Shown here in pieces: positions 1-12,061 of a DNA stretch of 26,957 bases; the first letter of the stretch is position 1; every line of letters begins with the position of its first letter. Location of the stretch: positions 1 to 26,957 of IMG/VR virus record IMGVR_UViG_3300043391_000684; one strand, written 5' to 3'. The notes under the pieces were generated by a model. It did not search any database, was not told where the DNA came from, and was given only the letters and a program-made list of their open reading frames with translations. The stretch comes from a virus (lineage: Duplodnaviria > Caudoviricetes). The translations under genes and the position numbers were made by a program.

Positions 1-107
1 TCGAAGTACAAAAAGCGACGGGATTAGAGACCCCGCTGCCCCAAAGAACGCGGCGCGTACGGATTTACCATTTTGCATATTTGCATGATTCACATTTTAG
101 GAGACAC

Positions 108-557
108 ATGGCAGGCAAAGGTCCAGCGCCTAAGGACGCAGAACAACGCAGACGCAGAAACGTTGACCCAGTACCCACTCAGGTGGTTACTCAGGACGGC
201 ATTTTGCGCGGTCCAGATCTGCCAGCTGGGTATCCTTGGCACTCACAAACATTCCGCTGGTGGGACACTTGGCGCAAGTCGGCGCAAGCTGTCACTTTCA
301 CTGATACTGATTGGGATTTTTTAATCGATACAGCGTTGTTGCACTCGTCTTACTGGAACGGTGACAACGTAGGAGCAGAATTGCGACTCCGAGTCGCGAA
401 GTTTGGCGCTACACCTGAGGACAGAATGCGACTTCGGTTGCAGATCGACGGTGAAGCAGAGGGGGCCAAATCGAACAAGACCCTGTCTGATCAGCGACGG
501 ACTCGTTTGTTGAGAGTGGTGGGGGAAGTTGACCAAGAAGAAACGACAACAGAGTAG
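108..557 (+). CDS. Terminase small subunit
   Basis: AGGAG RBS before ATG108. MAGKGPAPK..RRRRN N-terminus and AELRLRVAKFGATPEDRMRLR C-terminus are typical of actinophage small terminases. Lies directly upstream of TerL. Confidence 0.85.
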   Translation: MAGKGPAPKDAEQRRRRNVDPVPTQVVTQDGILRGPDLPAGYPWHSQTFRWWDTWRKSAQAVTFTDTDWDFLIDTALLHSSYWNGDNVGAELRLRVAKFGATPEDRMRLRLQIDGEAEGAKSNKTLSDQRRTRLLRVVGEVDQEETTTE

Positions 558-2088
558 CTTCATCTCGCTCGGTTGGGACGCGATTGACTGGATTGAGACT
601 TATCTAGTTCACGGCCCAGGCGACGTGCAGGGTGAAGCCATCACTTTAGACGACGAACAAGCGGCTTTCATATTGAAGGCCTATGAATTGGACAAACATG
701 GGCGGCGAGTTACACGGCGAGCTTTCTTTTCTCGACCAAAAGGTCGTGCGAAGTCGGAGCTTGCTGGAATGCTCGTTTGCTTTGAGGCTCTCGGCCCTGC
801 TCGCTTTGACCGTTGGGACGCCTTCGGCAATCCAATCGGACGACCAGTCCAGTATCCGTTCATTAGATGCCTAGCAACTGAAGAGCAACAATCAGGCAAC
901 ACATACGACAACGTTCGTTACATGCTCGAGCACATCAGGACCAACTTCGGCACTGAGTATCCAGGCATTGATGTTGGCCTCACACGCACTTTTTTAAAAG
1001 GTGGCGGCGAAATCGTCCCATCAACAGCAGCATCGGCATCAAAAGACGGTGGAAAAGAGTCTTTTGCCGTAGCTGACGAAACACACCTTTATTCGAGCCC
1101 CGAGCTCAAGCGAATGCACGAAACCGTAAGGCGTAACCTCGCCAAGCGGAAAGCTGCAGACCCTTGGATGCTGGAGACATCGACCATGTACTCGGTTGGC
1201 GAGGAATCAATCGCCGAGCAAACGCACCGCTTATGGATTTCGATACAAGAAGGCCGCACAAAAAATCCAGGCCTGTTATTCGACCACAAGCAAGCGCCCG
1301 AGGTGCCCGACCTGCAAGACAGTGAGCAGCTTAAAAAAGCACTTGCTGTCGTGTATGGGCCAGCTTTTAAATGGCTAGACGTGCCGCGTCTAATGGCCGA
1401 GATACAAGACCCGATGACAAAAGCATCGGACGCAAGGCGTTACTTTTTAAATCAGCCGTCCACAGACACCGACCGTTACATGAACATTACAGCATGGAAC
1501 GCAGCGGCCGAGCCTGAGGAACTGGCAGAAGGCACCGAAATCGTTCTCGGGTATGACGGTTCGCGCAAAGACGACGCCACAGTGCTTGTTGCTTGCAGAA
1601 TTGAAGACGGCAAGATCTTTCAACTCGAGTGTTGGGAAAGACCGCCTGGTCCTGCGGGCTACGGTTGGGAAGTACCAAGAGTCGAAGTTGACGAAGCTGT
1701 TCGAATCGCATTTGCAAAGTACAAAGTCCACAAGATCTGGGCCGACCCTTCAGGTTGGCAGTCTTATTTGGACGCTTGGAACTCAACTTTCGCCGATAAA
1801 GTGGTAGCGGTTTACCCTTCCAGCCAGCGCAAGCTGATGGCACAGGGACTTGACAGATTCCTTGAAGACGTACTCGAAGGACGCCTCAAACACAACGGCG
1901 CACCCGAGCTGACAAGGCACGTGACGAACGCGGTACCGACACGGTACGGCCAAGTGATGAAACCTTCTCAGAGCCACAAGATCGACGGCTTAATCGCTGC
2001 AGTTCTTGCCTACCTAGGCCGCACCGAGGCGCTTGTTAATCCTGAGCCTGTTGCACCCAAAGTCAGCTACCGAACTATTCAAGTCTAG
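529..2088 (+). CDS. Terminase large subunit
   Basis: Walker A-like SRPKGRAKS, Walker B VADETH, nuclease motif LGYDGSRKDD and C-terminal KIDGLIA. Exact start codon uncertain. Confidence 0.95.
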   Translation: MTKKKRQQSSFISLGWDAIDWIETYLVHGPGDVQGEAITLDDEQAAFILKAYELDKHGRRVTRRAFFSRPKGRAKSELAGMLVCFEALGPARFDRWDAFGNPIGRPVQYPFIRCLATEEQQSGNTYDNVRYMLEHIRTNFGTEYPGIDVGLTRTFLKGGGEIVPSTAASASKDGGKESFAVADETHLYSSPELKRMHETVRRNLAKRKAADPWMLETSTMYSVGEESIAEQTHRLWISIQEGRTKNPGLLFDHKQAPEVPDLQDSEQLKKALAVVYGPAFKWLDVPRLMAEIQDPMTKASDARRYFLNQPSTDTDRYMNITAWNAAAEPEELAEGTEIVLGYDGSRKDDATVLVACRIEDGKIFQLECWERPPGPAGYGWEVPRVEVDEAVRIAFAKYKVHKIWADPSGWQSYLDAWNSTFADKVVAVYPSSQRKLMAQGLDRFLEDVLEGRLKHNGAPELTRHVTNAVPTRYGQVMKPSQSHKIDGLIAAVLAYLGRTEALVNPEPVAPKVSYRTIQV

Positions 2089-2095
2089 GAGACCT

Positions 2096-2235
2096 ATGAA
2101 GCGTTTTGACGTTAGCCTCATTATTGAGGTCTTAGGCGTTGCACTTGTAACGATTGGTCTTGCTCTATTCTCACCGCCGATTGCCCTCATCGCTCTCGGT
2201 TCATTCCTCGTTTGGGCTACAGAAAAGGCTAATTG

Positions 2236-2236
<1 letters not shown>
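2096..2236 (+). CDS. Small membrane protein (46 aa)
   Basis: GGAG RBS before ATG2096. MKRFDVSLIIEVLGVALVTIGLALFSPPIALIALGSFLVWATEKAN is almost entirely hydrophobic. Stop overlaps the next ATG (TGATG). Confidence 0.75.
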
Positions 2237-4830
<2,594 letters not shown>

Positions 4831-5137
4831 GGCCTTTTAGTCGGTTTTAGCCCCCAAACTGGCAATTATACCCTTGCAATCGGTGATCTCAATGAATTGG
4901 TCACAGTCAATGCGGCTGCCACCATTACAGTGCCGCCTTCAGTTTTTACAGCTAACGACCAAATCCATGTCCAGCAAATCGGCGCTGGCCAACTTACATT
5001 TGCACAAGGTGCAGGAGTTACAATCACATCAACTGGTGCGACTGCATCAGCCCCAAAAACAAGAGCGCAATATTCAGCTTGCACAGTGATCTGCACGGCT
5101 TCTAACACATTTACTATCGTAGGAGACATCGCCTAAC

Positions 5138-5686
5138 ATGCCAACAGCCTACTACAAGATTGCGTCTACGCGTTTATCAGGCAATCAAGGTTCGATTACT
5201 TTAAGTACTATCCCTGCAACGTATAAACATTTAGAACTGCGGCTTAAATGTCGTGGCGAATCAGGCGAATCTGCTGGCGCTGGTCAGATAGTCTTTTATT
5301 TTAATAGCACATCGGGCGGCAGCGTTTACCCTCGACAAAACTACGGCACCTGGGGCACAAGCAGTTTTTGGGAGTATTACGACAACGCCGACAATATGAC
5401 TTTGACTTTCTATACACGCGGCGGCAGTCCAGCATACTACTCGGGTGGCACTGTCGTTTCCATTCTTAATTATAAAGAAACAAACAAGGGCAAAGTGGTA
5501 CGTGCCTACGGCGGCGTTGCTGGCAGTCAAGCAGTCGCGCTTCGCAACAATTCGGGGTCAGGCGGCAGTGGTGGTTATTGGGAATCAAGCGCTGGCACAG
5601 CCATCAACTCTATAACTATTACCCCTGATCAGTCAGGTTTTGGTGCGGGCACCACCTTTTCTATTTACGGAATTAAGGACTCATAA
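5138..5686 (+). CDS. Putative fibre-tip/virion protein, paralog 1 of 3
   Basis: TIPATYKHL..AINSITI..FSIYGIK motifs shared with the next two ORFs; S/G/T/Y-rich. Confidence 0.7.
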   Translation: MPTAYYKIASTRLSGNQGSITLSTIPATYKHLELRLKCRGESGESAGAGQIVFYFNSTSGGSVYPRQNYGTWGTSSFWEYYDNADNMTLTFYTRGGSPAYYSGGTVVSILNYKETNKGKVVRAYGGVAGSQAVALRNNSGSGGSGGYWESSAGTAINSITITPDQSGFGAGTTFSIYGIKDS

Positions 5687-6204
5687 TGCCAGCAAACGAA
5701 GAAACCTACACTTTCATAGCAAGTGCTATAGGCACAGGCGCAAGTAATGCTTTGTCATTTATATCTATCCCTGCAACATACACCGATCTTGTAGTGCGCG
5801 GAACAATGCAAACATCTTATTCCACTGCTACCACAGGAAGATGGCGTTTCAACAACGACAGTGGAAGCAACTACAGTATCCAAAGAATGCGTACTAACGG
5901 ACAAGGCAACTTTACTGGTTCTTTAGAAGCCTCTGTTGCCTCTGTTTATGCTGGAGACATTGTTCCGTCTGCTTCGGGCTATGTCAGTTCTATGGAGCTT
6001 AACGTCTTTTCATATGCAGATGTGGCCAACCTTTATCCGACTGCCACACAAACCGCGGGTAGTCCAAGGAACTCTGAGGGTTGGGTGTTTTCTTGTATTA
6101 CTTATCTTCAATTAACTGCAATTAACAGGATAGATTTTTTGATTGATGACGGGAACTTTACTTCTGCGTCTAAACTCGCACTCTACGGAATACTGAGGGC
6201 GTAA
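5686..6204 (+). CDS. Putative fibre-tip/virion protein, paralog 2 of 3
   Basis: SIPATYTDL..AINRIDF..LALYGIL; TAATG coupling to the upstream gene. Confidence 0.7.
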   Translation: MPANEETYTFIASAIGTGASNALSFISIPATYTDLVVRGTMQTSYSTATTGRWRFNNDSGSNYSIQRMRTNGQGNFTGSLEASVASVYAGDIVPSASGYVSSMELNVFSYADVANLYPTATQTAGSPRNSEGWVFSCITYLQLTAINRIDFLIDDGNFTSASKLALYGILRA

Positions 6205-6206
6205 CC

Positions 6207-6773
6207 ATGCCGATAATTGGAATTGTTGCATCATCAATACAGCCTAACGCAGGTAAGGGCATCACTTACATTTCCACTACTACCGTATCGGGTAATTCCA
6301 CAGGCACCGTTAGTCTTTCAGGGTTTAGCGGCTACGATGATTTGATGGTTGTGTACTCTGCGCGGACCTTCGCTAATGCTAACTCAGACAATCAAATAAC
6401 TGTGAATAACAATGGTGCCTCTATCTACTCTGCTAAAATCTTGTTTGCTAGCGGTAGTGCTAATGGAGAAGCATCATTTAGCGGAGCTACTATTTACCGC
6501 GGTGGCTATATGCCATACTCTAACATGACGGCCAACTACTATGGCAACACCATGATTTATTTGCATGACTATGCTAATACAACCTCATACAAAACGATTC
6601 GTTGGCAAGGGGCATCTCCTATTAACACTGCCAGCGGCTACATGATTATGGGAGAAGCGGTTGCTTCTGTAGCTGACACAGCCGCCATCACCTCACTTCA
6701 GATCACTTGTACGCCGTTCTCTTCAACTTACGCTGACGGAAGTCAGTTTTTTGTCTATGGAATAAAACGATAA
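6207..6773 (+). CDS. Putative fibre-tip/virion protein, paralog 3 of 3
   Basis: MPIIGIVASS N-terminus; SGYDDL..AITSLQI..FFVYGIK. Confidence 0.7.
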   Translation: MPIIGIVASSIQPNAGKGITYISTTTVSGNSTGTVSLSGFSGYDDLMVVYSARTFANANSDNQITVNNNGASIYSAKILFASGSANGEASFSGATIYRGGYMPYSNMTANYYGNTMIYLHDYANTTSYKTIRWQGASPINTASGYMIMGEAVASVADTAAITSLQITCTPFSSTYADGSQFFVYGIKR

Positions 6774-6782
6774 GGAGAAAAA

Positions 6783-7016
6783 ATGACTACATCAACACGA
6801 CCAACACGCTTAGAGGTAAACTGCACCACTGGCGAAGAAACCATCATTGAACTTACCGATGAAGAAATCGCAGCACAAAAAGCGTATGCAGAGGCTAGAC
6901 TAGCCGAGGACCAAGCTAGATTAGAAGCAGAAGAAGCTAAAGCAGTAGCCAAAGCATCTGCAGAAGCAAAGCTTGCAGCGCTTGGATTAACAGCAGACGA
7001 AATCGCGGCTCTCTAG
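6783..7016 (+). CDS. Small helical protein, possibly a fibre assembly chaperone
   Basis: AGGAG RBS; EVNCTTGE..ELTDEEIAA..KLAALGLTADEIAAL. Function inferred from position only. Confidence 0.65.
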   Translation: MTTSTRPTRLEVNCTTGEETIIELTDEEIAAQKAYAEARLAEDQARLEAEEAKAVAKASAEAKLAALGLTADEIAAL

Positions 7017-7035
7017 CATTAAGGTCGGGGGACCA

Positions 7036-8097
7036 ATGAAAATCGCAGTTTACACAATCGCACTTAACGAACAAGCCTTTGTCGAACGTTGGTACAAAAG
7101 TGCAAAAGAGGCAGACTATTTGCTCATCGCAGACACTGGCTCTACAGACTTAACAGTCAAGTACGCCAAGAATCTTGGCATCAACACAATTAAAATCGCC
7201 GTTCGGCCTTGGCGCTTTGATGACGCAAGGAACGCAGCGCTCGCGGCACTTCCGCTTGACGTTGACTACTGCGTAGCACTTGACATGGACGAGGAACTGC
7301 AGCCTGGCTGGCGCCAAGAGCTGGAGTCATTGGCTCCGCAAGTTACCCGCCCAAGATACAAATACACTTGGTCGTGGAATCCTGACGGTTCTCCTGGCCT
7401 AACTTATGGTGGAGACAAAATCCACTCACGGCGCAACTACAGGTGGAAGCACCCAGTGCACGAAGTCTTAACCTGCACAGGCAGTGAGGTCCAACATTGG
7501 ACTAAGCTCGAGATTCACCACCACCCTGATGACACGAAATCTAGAAGTCAATACTCTGCACTGCTAGCGCAGTCGGTGCTTGAAGACCCAGCAGACGACC
7601 GCAACTGTTTCTACAACGCAAGAGAGCTATTCTTTCACAACAAATGGCCCGAAGCAATACAAGAGTTTAAACGCCACTTAAGCCTACCTAGGGCGCAGTG
7701 GAAGCCCGAGCGAGCAGCCTCTATGCGGTACCTCGCAAAAATGGAAGAGCACGAAAGAGAGTCTTGGCTCCTGAAAGCAATCGCGGAGTCTCCAGGCAGC
7801 CGAGAGGCTAGGGTCGATCTCGCACAACATTACTATTCAAAGAGCTTGTGGCTGGATTGTTACGCAACCGCACACGCGGCGCTGAGAATAACCGAGCAAC
7901 CGCTCGAGTACCTTAACGAGTCAGACGCTTGGGGCTACTTGCCACACGATCTGATCGCAATAGCATGTCACAACATGAACAAACCAAACGAAGCGATTGA
8001 ACACGGCAAAAAAGCCGCGGCATTTGCGCCGTGGATTGACAGACTCCAAGAGAACATGGCCTTTTACAAAAAAGCGCTTATTACGAAAGGCAACTAG
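7036..8097 (+). CDS. Glycosyltransferase family 2 with C-terminal TPR-like repeats
   Basis: GT-A motifs IA.NE, IADTGSTD, FDDARNAAL, DxD (LDMDE) and HPVHE. C-terminal half has TPR-like helices (FYNAREL..EAIQEF, REARVDLAQHYY, EAIEHGKKA). Confidence 0.9.
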   Translation: MKIAVYTIALNEQAFVERWYKSAKEADYLLIADTGSTDLTVKYAKNLGINTIKIAVRPWRFDDARNAALAALPLDVDYCVALDMDEELQPGWRQELESLAPQVTRPRYKYTWSWNPDGSPGLTYGGDKIHSRRNYRWKHPVHEVLTCTGSEVQHWTKLEIHHHPDDTKSRSQYSALLAQSVLEDPADDRNCFYNARELFFHNKWPEAIQEFKRHLSLPRAQWKPERAASMRYLAKMEEHERESWLLKAIAESPGSREARVDLAQHYYSKSLWLDCYATAHAALRITEQPLEYLNESDAWGYLPHDLIAIACHNMNKPNEAIEHGKKAAAFAPWIDRLQENMAFYKKALITKGN

Positions 8098-9531
8098 ATG
8101 AGCTTATCGAAAAGACTGCGAGCAGCAGGCGAGCAACGCGCTCAGAACATGTTCATGGAGCCACTTATCCCATCACGACCAGCCTACGCGACTCCAGCTG
8201 GTGTTGATGTTAATGCTGAGTCTGCGATTCGCATGTCCACCGTTTACGCTTGTGTTCGCCTTTTGGGCGACACCATCTCATCTTTGCCGCTTGGCGCTTA
8301 TGTTCGCCGCGGCCGCAACCGAATCCCGTACGCCGCAGTCTATGGCGAGCAACCAGCTTGGGTGAACAAGCCAAACCCAGATTGCACCCGCTTAGATTTC
8401 TACGAGCAAGTGATCTCGTCTTTAAACTTACACGGCAACGCCTTTATCATCACAGTGCGCGACGACCTTGGCGATGTCGTTGAACTCTACGCTGTAAACC
8501 CACTAAATGTTCGCATTCGACGTCCCGACCCAAATGCAGAAGTCATTTACGAAGTAACTATCGGCATTCAGCCAGGCGGCGTGGTATACGAGGACATGCA
8601 GTCTGTGACACAAGAAGTCAAGACCATGGTCCTGACCAAGCGCGAAATGCTTCATATTCCGATGTTTAAACTCCCAGGCCAGCTTTTGGGCCTTGGCCCA
8701 ATCGGCGCGGCTCGCATTACTCTAGGCTCTGCGATGGCAGCCGAGGTTTACGCAGCTAGTTACTTTGGCAACGCTGCAAACCCTGGCGGCGTCATTGAAG
8801 CCCCGACCGAGTTGACCGAGGAACAGATCTCGGACATCGCTCGCAACTGGAACCTTTCACATTCAGGTCCCTACCGTGCTGGCAAGCTTGGCGTTCTAAC
8901 TGGTGGCGCTTCGTTTAAGCCGCTGACGCTTAACGCCGCCGACGCCCAGCTTCTTGAAGTGCGTCGCTTTGGCGTCGAAGAGATTGCGCGGATATTCCGC
9001 GTTCCGATCTCACTCCTTGGCCACCCAGTAGCTGGGGCCATGAGCTTTGCGTCAGTTGAAGCTCAGAACTTGTCTTTCGTGCAACACTCGCTGCGTCCAC
9101 TCCTTGAGCGTTTAGAACAAGCGCTTTCACCACTTCTGCCTGAAGCCGACGGCTTTATCAAGTTTAACCTTGACGCGCTACTCCGCGGCACCACACTCGA
9201 GCGCTACGACGCTTACACCAAAGGATTAAACGAAGGCTTTTTGTCACTCAATGATGTCAGAGCCGTTGAAGATCTGAGCCCGCTAGGCGAGGCTGGAGAT
9301 CAGTACCGTGTTCCACTGCAGAACATTGACGCATCTGATGCAAAAGACGTCGGTCTGAAGTTGCGCACCGAAATCGCTACCAACTTGATTCAGGTCGGTT
9401 TCGAACCGAAGTCAGTGCTTGAAGCGGTCGGTTTGCCACCTATGGACCACACAGGCATTCCAACAGGTCAACTCCAGCAAGTCTCAACACTTGACCCTGA
9501 GGACCCACTTGCAGTCTATGAGGTCAAATAG
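8098..9531 (+). CDS. Portal protein, HK97 family
   Basis: VYACVRLL..ISSLP, L.GNAF, EEIARIFRVP..LG, VEAQNLSFVQHSLRP and G.LSLNDVRA.EDL motifs. Confidence 0.95.
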   Translation: MSLSKRLRAAGEQRAQNMFMEPLIPSRPAYATPAGVDVNAESAIRMSTVYACVRLLGDTISSLPLGAYVRRGRNRIPYAAVYGEQPAWVNKPNPDCTRLDFYEQVISSLNLHGNAFIITVRDDLGDVVELYAVNPLNVRIRRPDPNAEVIYEVTIGIQPGGVVYEDMQSVTQEVKTMVLTKREMLHIPMFKLPGQLLGLGPIGAARITLGSAMAAEVYAASYFGNAANPGGVIEAPTELTEEQISDIARNWNLSHSGPYRAGKLGVLTGGASFKPLTLNAADAQLLEVRRFGVEEIARIFRVPISLLGHPVAGAMSFASVEAQNLSFVQHSLRPLLERLEQALSPLLPEADGFIKFNLDALLRGTTLERYDAYTKGLNEGFLSLNDVRAVEDLSPLGEAGDQYRVPLQNIDASDAKDVGLKLRTEIATNLIQVGFEPKSVLEAVGLPPMDHTGIPTGQLQQVSTLDPEDPLAVYEVK

Positions 9532-10514
9532 TGCCATACTACATTTCGGACCAGCAGAGCGACTGCTCGGGCTGGGCAACCGTAAAACAAGAAGCAGACG
9601 GCAGTTACACCACAATGGGCTGCCATGACACCAAACAAGACGCGATTGACCAAATGGTCGCCACCTCGATCTCCGAAAGCATAGAGCCTGGGGGCGAAGT
9701 TGGCCAACGAACAACCGTCGGGGACGATAGGAGCAAGATGAAGAAGATCGAACGTCGTACCTACACAGTACGAAACGTGGTGACACGAACAGAGGACGAC
9801 GGCAAAATGCGCCTGTCGGGTTATGCTGCTGTTTTCAATAACGCCAGCGTGCCGCTTCCGTTCATCGAGTACATCGCGCCTGGTGCTTTCCGCAAGACAC
9901 TCAGCGAGACTCCTGACGTGCGCCTTTTAATCAACCACGAAGGTCTGCCGCTAGCACGCACCAAAAATGGCACCCTTACTTTAACTGAGGACGAGGTCGG
10001 CTTGCGTTTTGATGCAGAACTGCCTGACACCAACGAGGCTCGAGATCTTTACACACTTATTGAGCGAGGCGACGTCGATCAGATGAGCTTCGCATTTCGC
10101 GTGATAAGGCAGAAGTTTAACAAAGACCGCAGCGAGCGCACACTGACTGAAGTGTCGCTGGCTGACGGAGACGTCAGTGTTGTTACCTACCCAGCTTATC
10201 CAACGACAACGGTCGAGGCGCGTGAGCATTTGGCTCGGGCGATTCAAGCCGTCAAAGAAGGCCGCGAGATCTCAGGCGAATCACTCGTCGTCTTGCAGAG
10301 CGTCTTTGAGAAGATGTCTGAAGGCCATGAGTACGTCATGGAAGCTGTCGAAATGATGGCTGCGCTGATGGGTGCCCAAGAGGAGCCAGTTGAAGACGAG
10401 GCTGCAGTCCATGAGGACGAGGACGAACTCGAGGACATCATGGAGACCGAAGCCGCGACACCGCGCTCGATCTCACTTCGTCTTGCAAAAGCCCTAGTCA
10501 ATAGCACAAAATAA
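9531..10514 (+). CDS. Prohead (capsid maturation) protease, HK97 type, with N-terminal extension
   Basis: GYAAVFN, LINHE, MSFAF and VSVVTYPAY motifs. GTG9531 overlaps the portal stop; an alternative in-frame ATG9738 has an AGGAG RBS. Confidence 0.92.
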   Translation: MPYYISDQQSDCSGWATVKQEADGSYTTMGCHDTKQDAIDQMVATSISESIEPGGEVGQRTTVGDDRSKMKKIERRTYTVRNVVTRTEDDGKMRLSGYAAVFNNASVPLPFIEYIAPGAFRKTLSETPDVRLLINHEGLPLARTKNGTLTLTEDEVGLRFDAELPDTNEARDLYTLIERGDVDQMSFAFRVIRQKFNKDRSERTLTEVSLADGDVSVVTYPAYPTTTVEAREHLARAIQAVKEGREISGESLVVLQSVFEKMSEGHEYVMEAVEMMAALMGAQEEPVEDEAAVHEDEDELEDIMETEAATPRSISLRLAKALVNSTK

Positions 10515-10630
10515 GATTCTGCTGGCAAGTTGCTAGCAGATACCGAAGTCGGAGCGAGACTCACACCCTAAAAGCGCCGTGAGCACAGTCGCCACCACCT
10601 CGATTTCAAACTCATAAGGAGCAGAATACA

Positions 10631-11977
10631 ATGTCATACCTTGACAAAGTAATCGAGCGCCGTGATGCAGTTAAGACAGAAATGGACGCAGTTCTTGAGG
10701 CAGTAGCCGCAGAGAACCGCACCGATCTGACTGCAGAGGAGACCGAGAAGGTTGACGCTCTCGTAGAAGAGTCACGTTCACTCGATACAAAGATCGACAA
10801 GTTAAAGACACAGGCAGACGCAGACAATAAGGCTGCAGAAGCACGTGCATCAGTTGCAGCAGCTGCAACACCAGCATCTACAAGCATCAAGGTCGTGTCA
10901 GAAGCACGCACTTATGCACAAGGTTCTGAGAACTCATTCGTACGCGATGCATTCAATGCACAAGTACGCAACGATTTCGCAGCAACTGAGCGCCTTGCTC
11001 GCCACATGAAAGAGGAAGCCATTGAGCGCCGCGATGTCGGCACTTCAGCTTTCGCTGGCTTAGTGGTCCCTCAATATCTCATCGAACTAGCCGCACCTTT
11101 AGCACGAAGCGGCAGACCGACTGCAGATTTCGCAACCAACAAGATGACCTTGCCAACAGCTGGTATGAAGTTGGAAATATCCCGTATGACCACAGGGTCT
11201 TCAACTGCGATTCAGGCAACTGAAAATGCAGCTGTCAGTGAGACTGACGTTGATGACACACTGTTAACTGTTGACGTGCGTACAATCGCTGGACAACAGG
11301 ACCTCAGCCGTCAAGCAATCGAGCGCGGAACTGGCATCGACACTTTCGTCGTAGCAGATCTAGTTCGTTCATGGCACACAACTCTTGATGACCAGATTCT
11401 AAATGGAGCTGGCACTTCAGGAACAATGAAGGGCATTCGCAACTCAGGCGGTAACGCAGTTACTTTCACATCAACTGCACCAACTGTTGCACTCCTTTAC
11501 CCAAAGCTTGCTGATGCGTTGCAGAAAGTACAAAGCAACGTTTTCACAACACCAACACACTGGATTATGCACCCACGTCGTCTAGCATTCTTGCTAGCTG
11601 GCGTTGATAGCTCAAATCGTCCATTGGTAGTTCCTTCAGCAAACGGCGCAATGAATGCCGTTGCAACTGGAGCTGGTGCTGCACAGTACGCAAACACAGG
11701 CTATCAATTGCTTGGACTTCCAATCATCACAGATGCAAGCGTAGGCACAACCTACGGCACAGGCACAAACCAAGACGAAATCTACTTGGTTGACAGCCGT
11801 GAAATGCACCTATGGGAGCAACCAGGTACACCGTTCGCACTACGCTTTGATGCAACTGCCCCAGGCAACTTGACTATCAAGACCGTAGTTTATGGATACG
11901 CAGCGTTCACCGCAGAGCGTTATCCATTAGCCGCTTCCATCATCTCAGGAACAGGCTTAACAGCACCGACCTTCTAG
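10631..11977 (+). CDS. Major capsid protein, HK97 fold with N-terminal coiled-coil delta domain
   Basis: Strong AAGGAG RBS; helical N-terminus; G.VVPQYL, D.QILNG.G, WIMHP and LLGLPII motifs; position after the protease. Confidence 0.93.
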   Translation: MSYLDKVIERRDAVKTEMDAVLEAVAAENRTDLTAEETEKVDALVEESRSLDTKIDKLKTQADADNKAAEARASVAAAATPASTSIKVVSEARTYAQGSENSFVRDAFNAQVRNDFAATERLARHMKEEAIERRDVGTSAFAGLVVPQYLIELAAPLARSGRPTADFATNKMTLPTAGMKLEISRMTTGSSTAIQATENAAVSETDVDDTLLTVDVRTIAGQQDLSRQAIERGTGIDTFVVADLVRSWHTTLDDQILNGAGTSGTMKGIRNSGGNAVTFTSTAPTVALLYPKLADALQKVQSNVFTTPTHWIMHPRRLAFLLAGVDSSNRPLVVPSANGAMNAVATGAGAAQYANTGYQLLGLPIITDASVGTTYGTGTNQDEIYLVDSREMHLWEQPGTPFALRFDATAPGNLTIKTVVYGYAAFTAERYPLAASIISGTGLTAPTF

Positions 11978-12003
11978 TCTGAAGGCACGGCACTAAAGTA
12001 CAA

Positions 12004-12045
12004 GTGCAAGGCAAGTGGGACTCCCCCGACTCACTTGCCTTGCAC
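12004..12045 (+). promoter_or_regulatory. 14-bp perfect stem-loop between the capsid and GT2 genes
   Basis: GTGCAAGGCAAGTG (12004-12017) pairs with CACTTGCCTTGCAC (12032-12045). Only a weak U tract follows. The loop contains CTCCCCC. Confidence 0.8.
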
Positions 12046-12061
12046 CTCTTAGGGGGAGAGT

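Noticed and set aside
1-107. Possible cos/packaging site upstream of the small terminase
   Set aside because: The position is suggestive and the stretch has GC-rich runs, but no terminus can be defined without read-end data.
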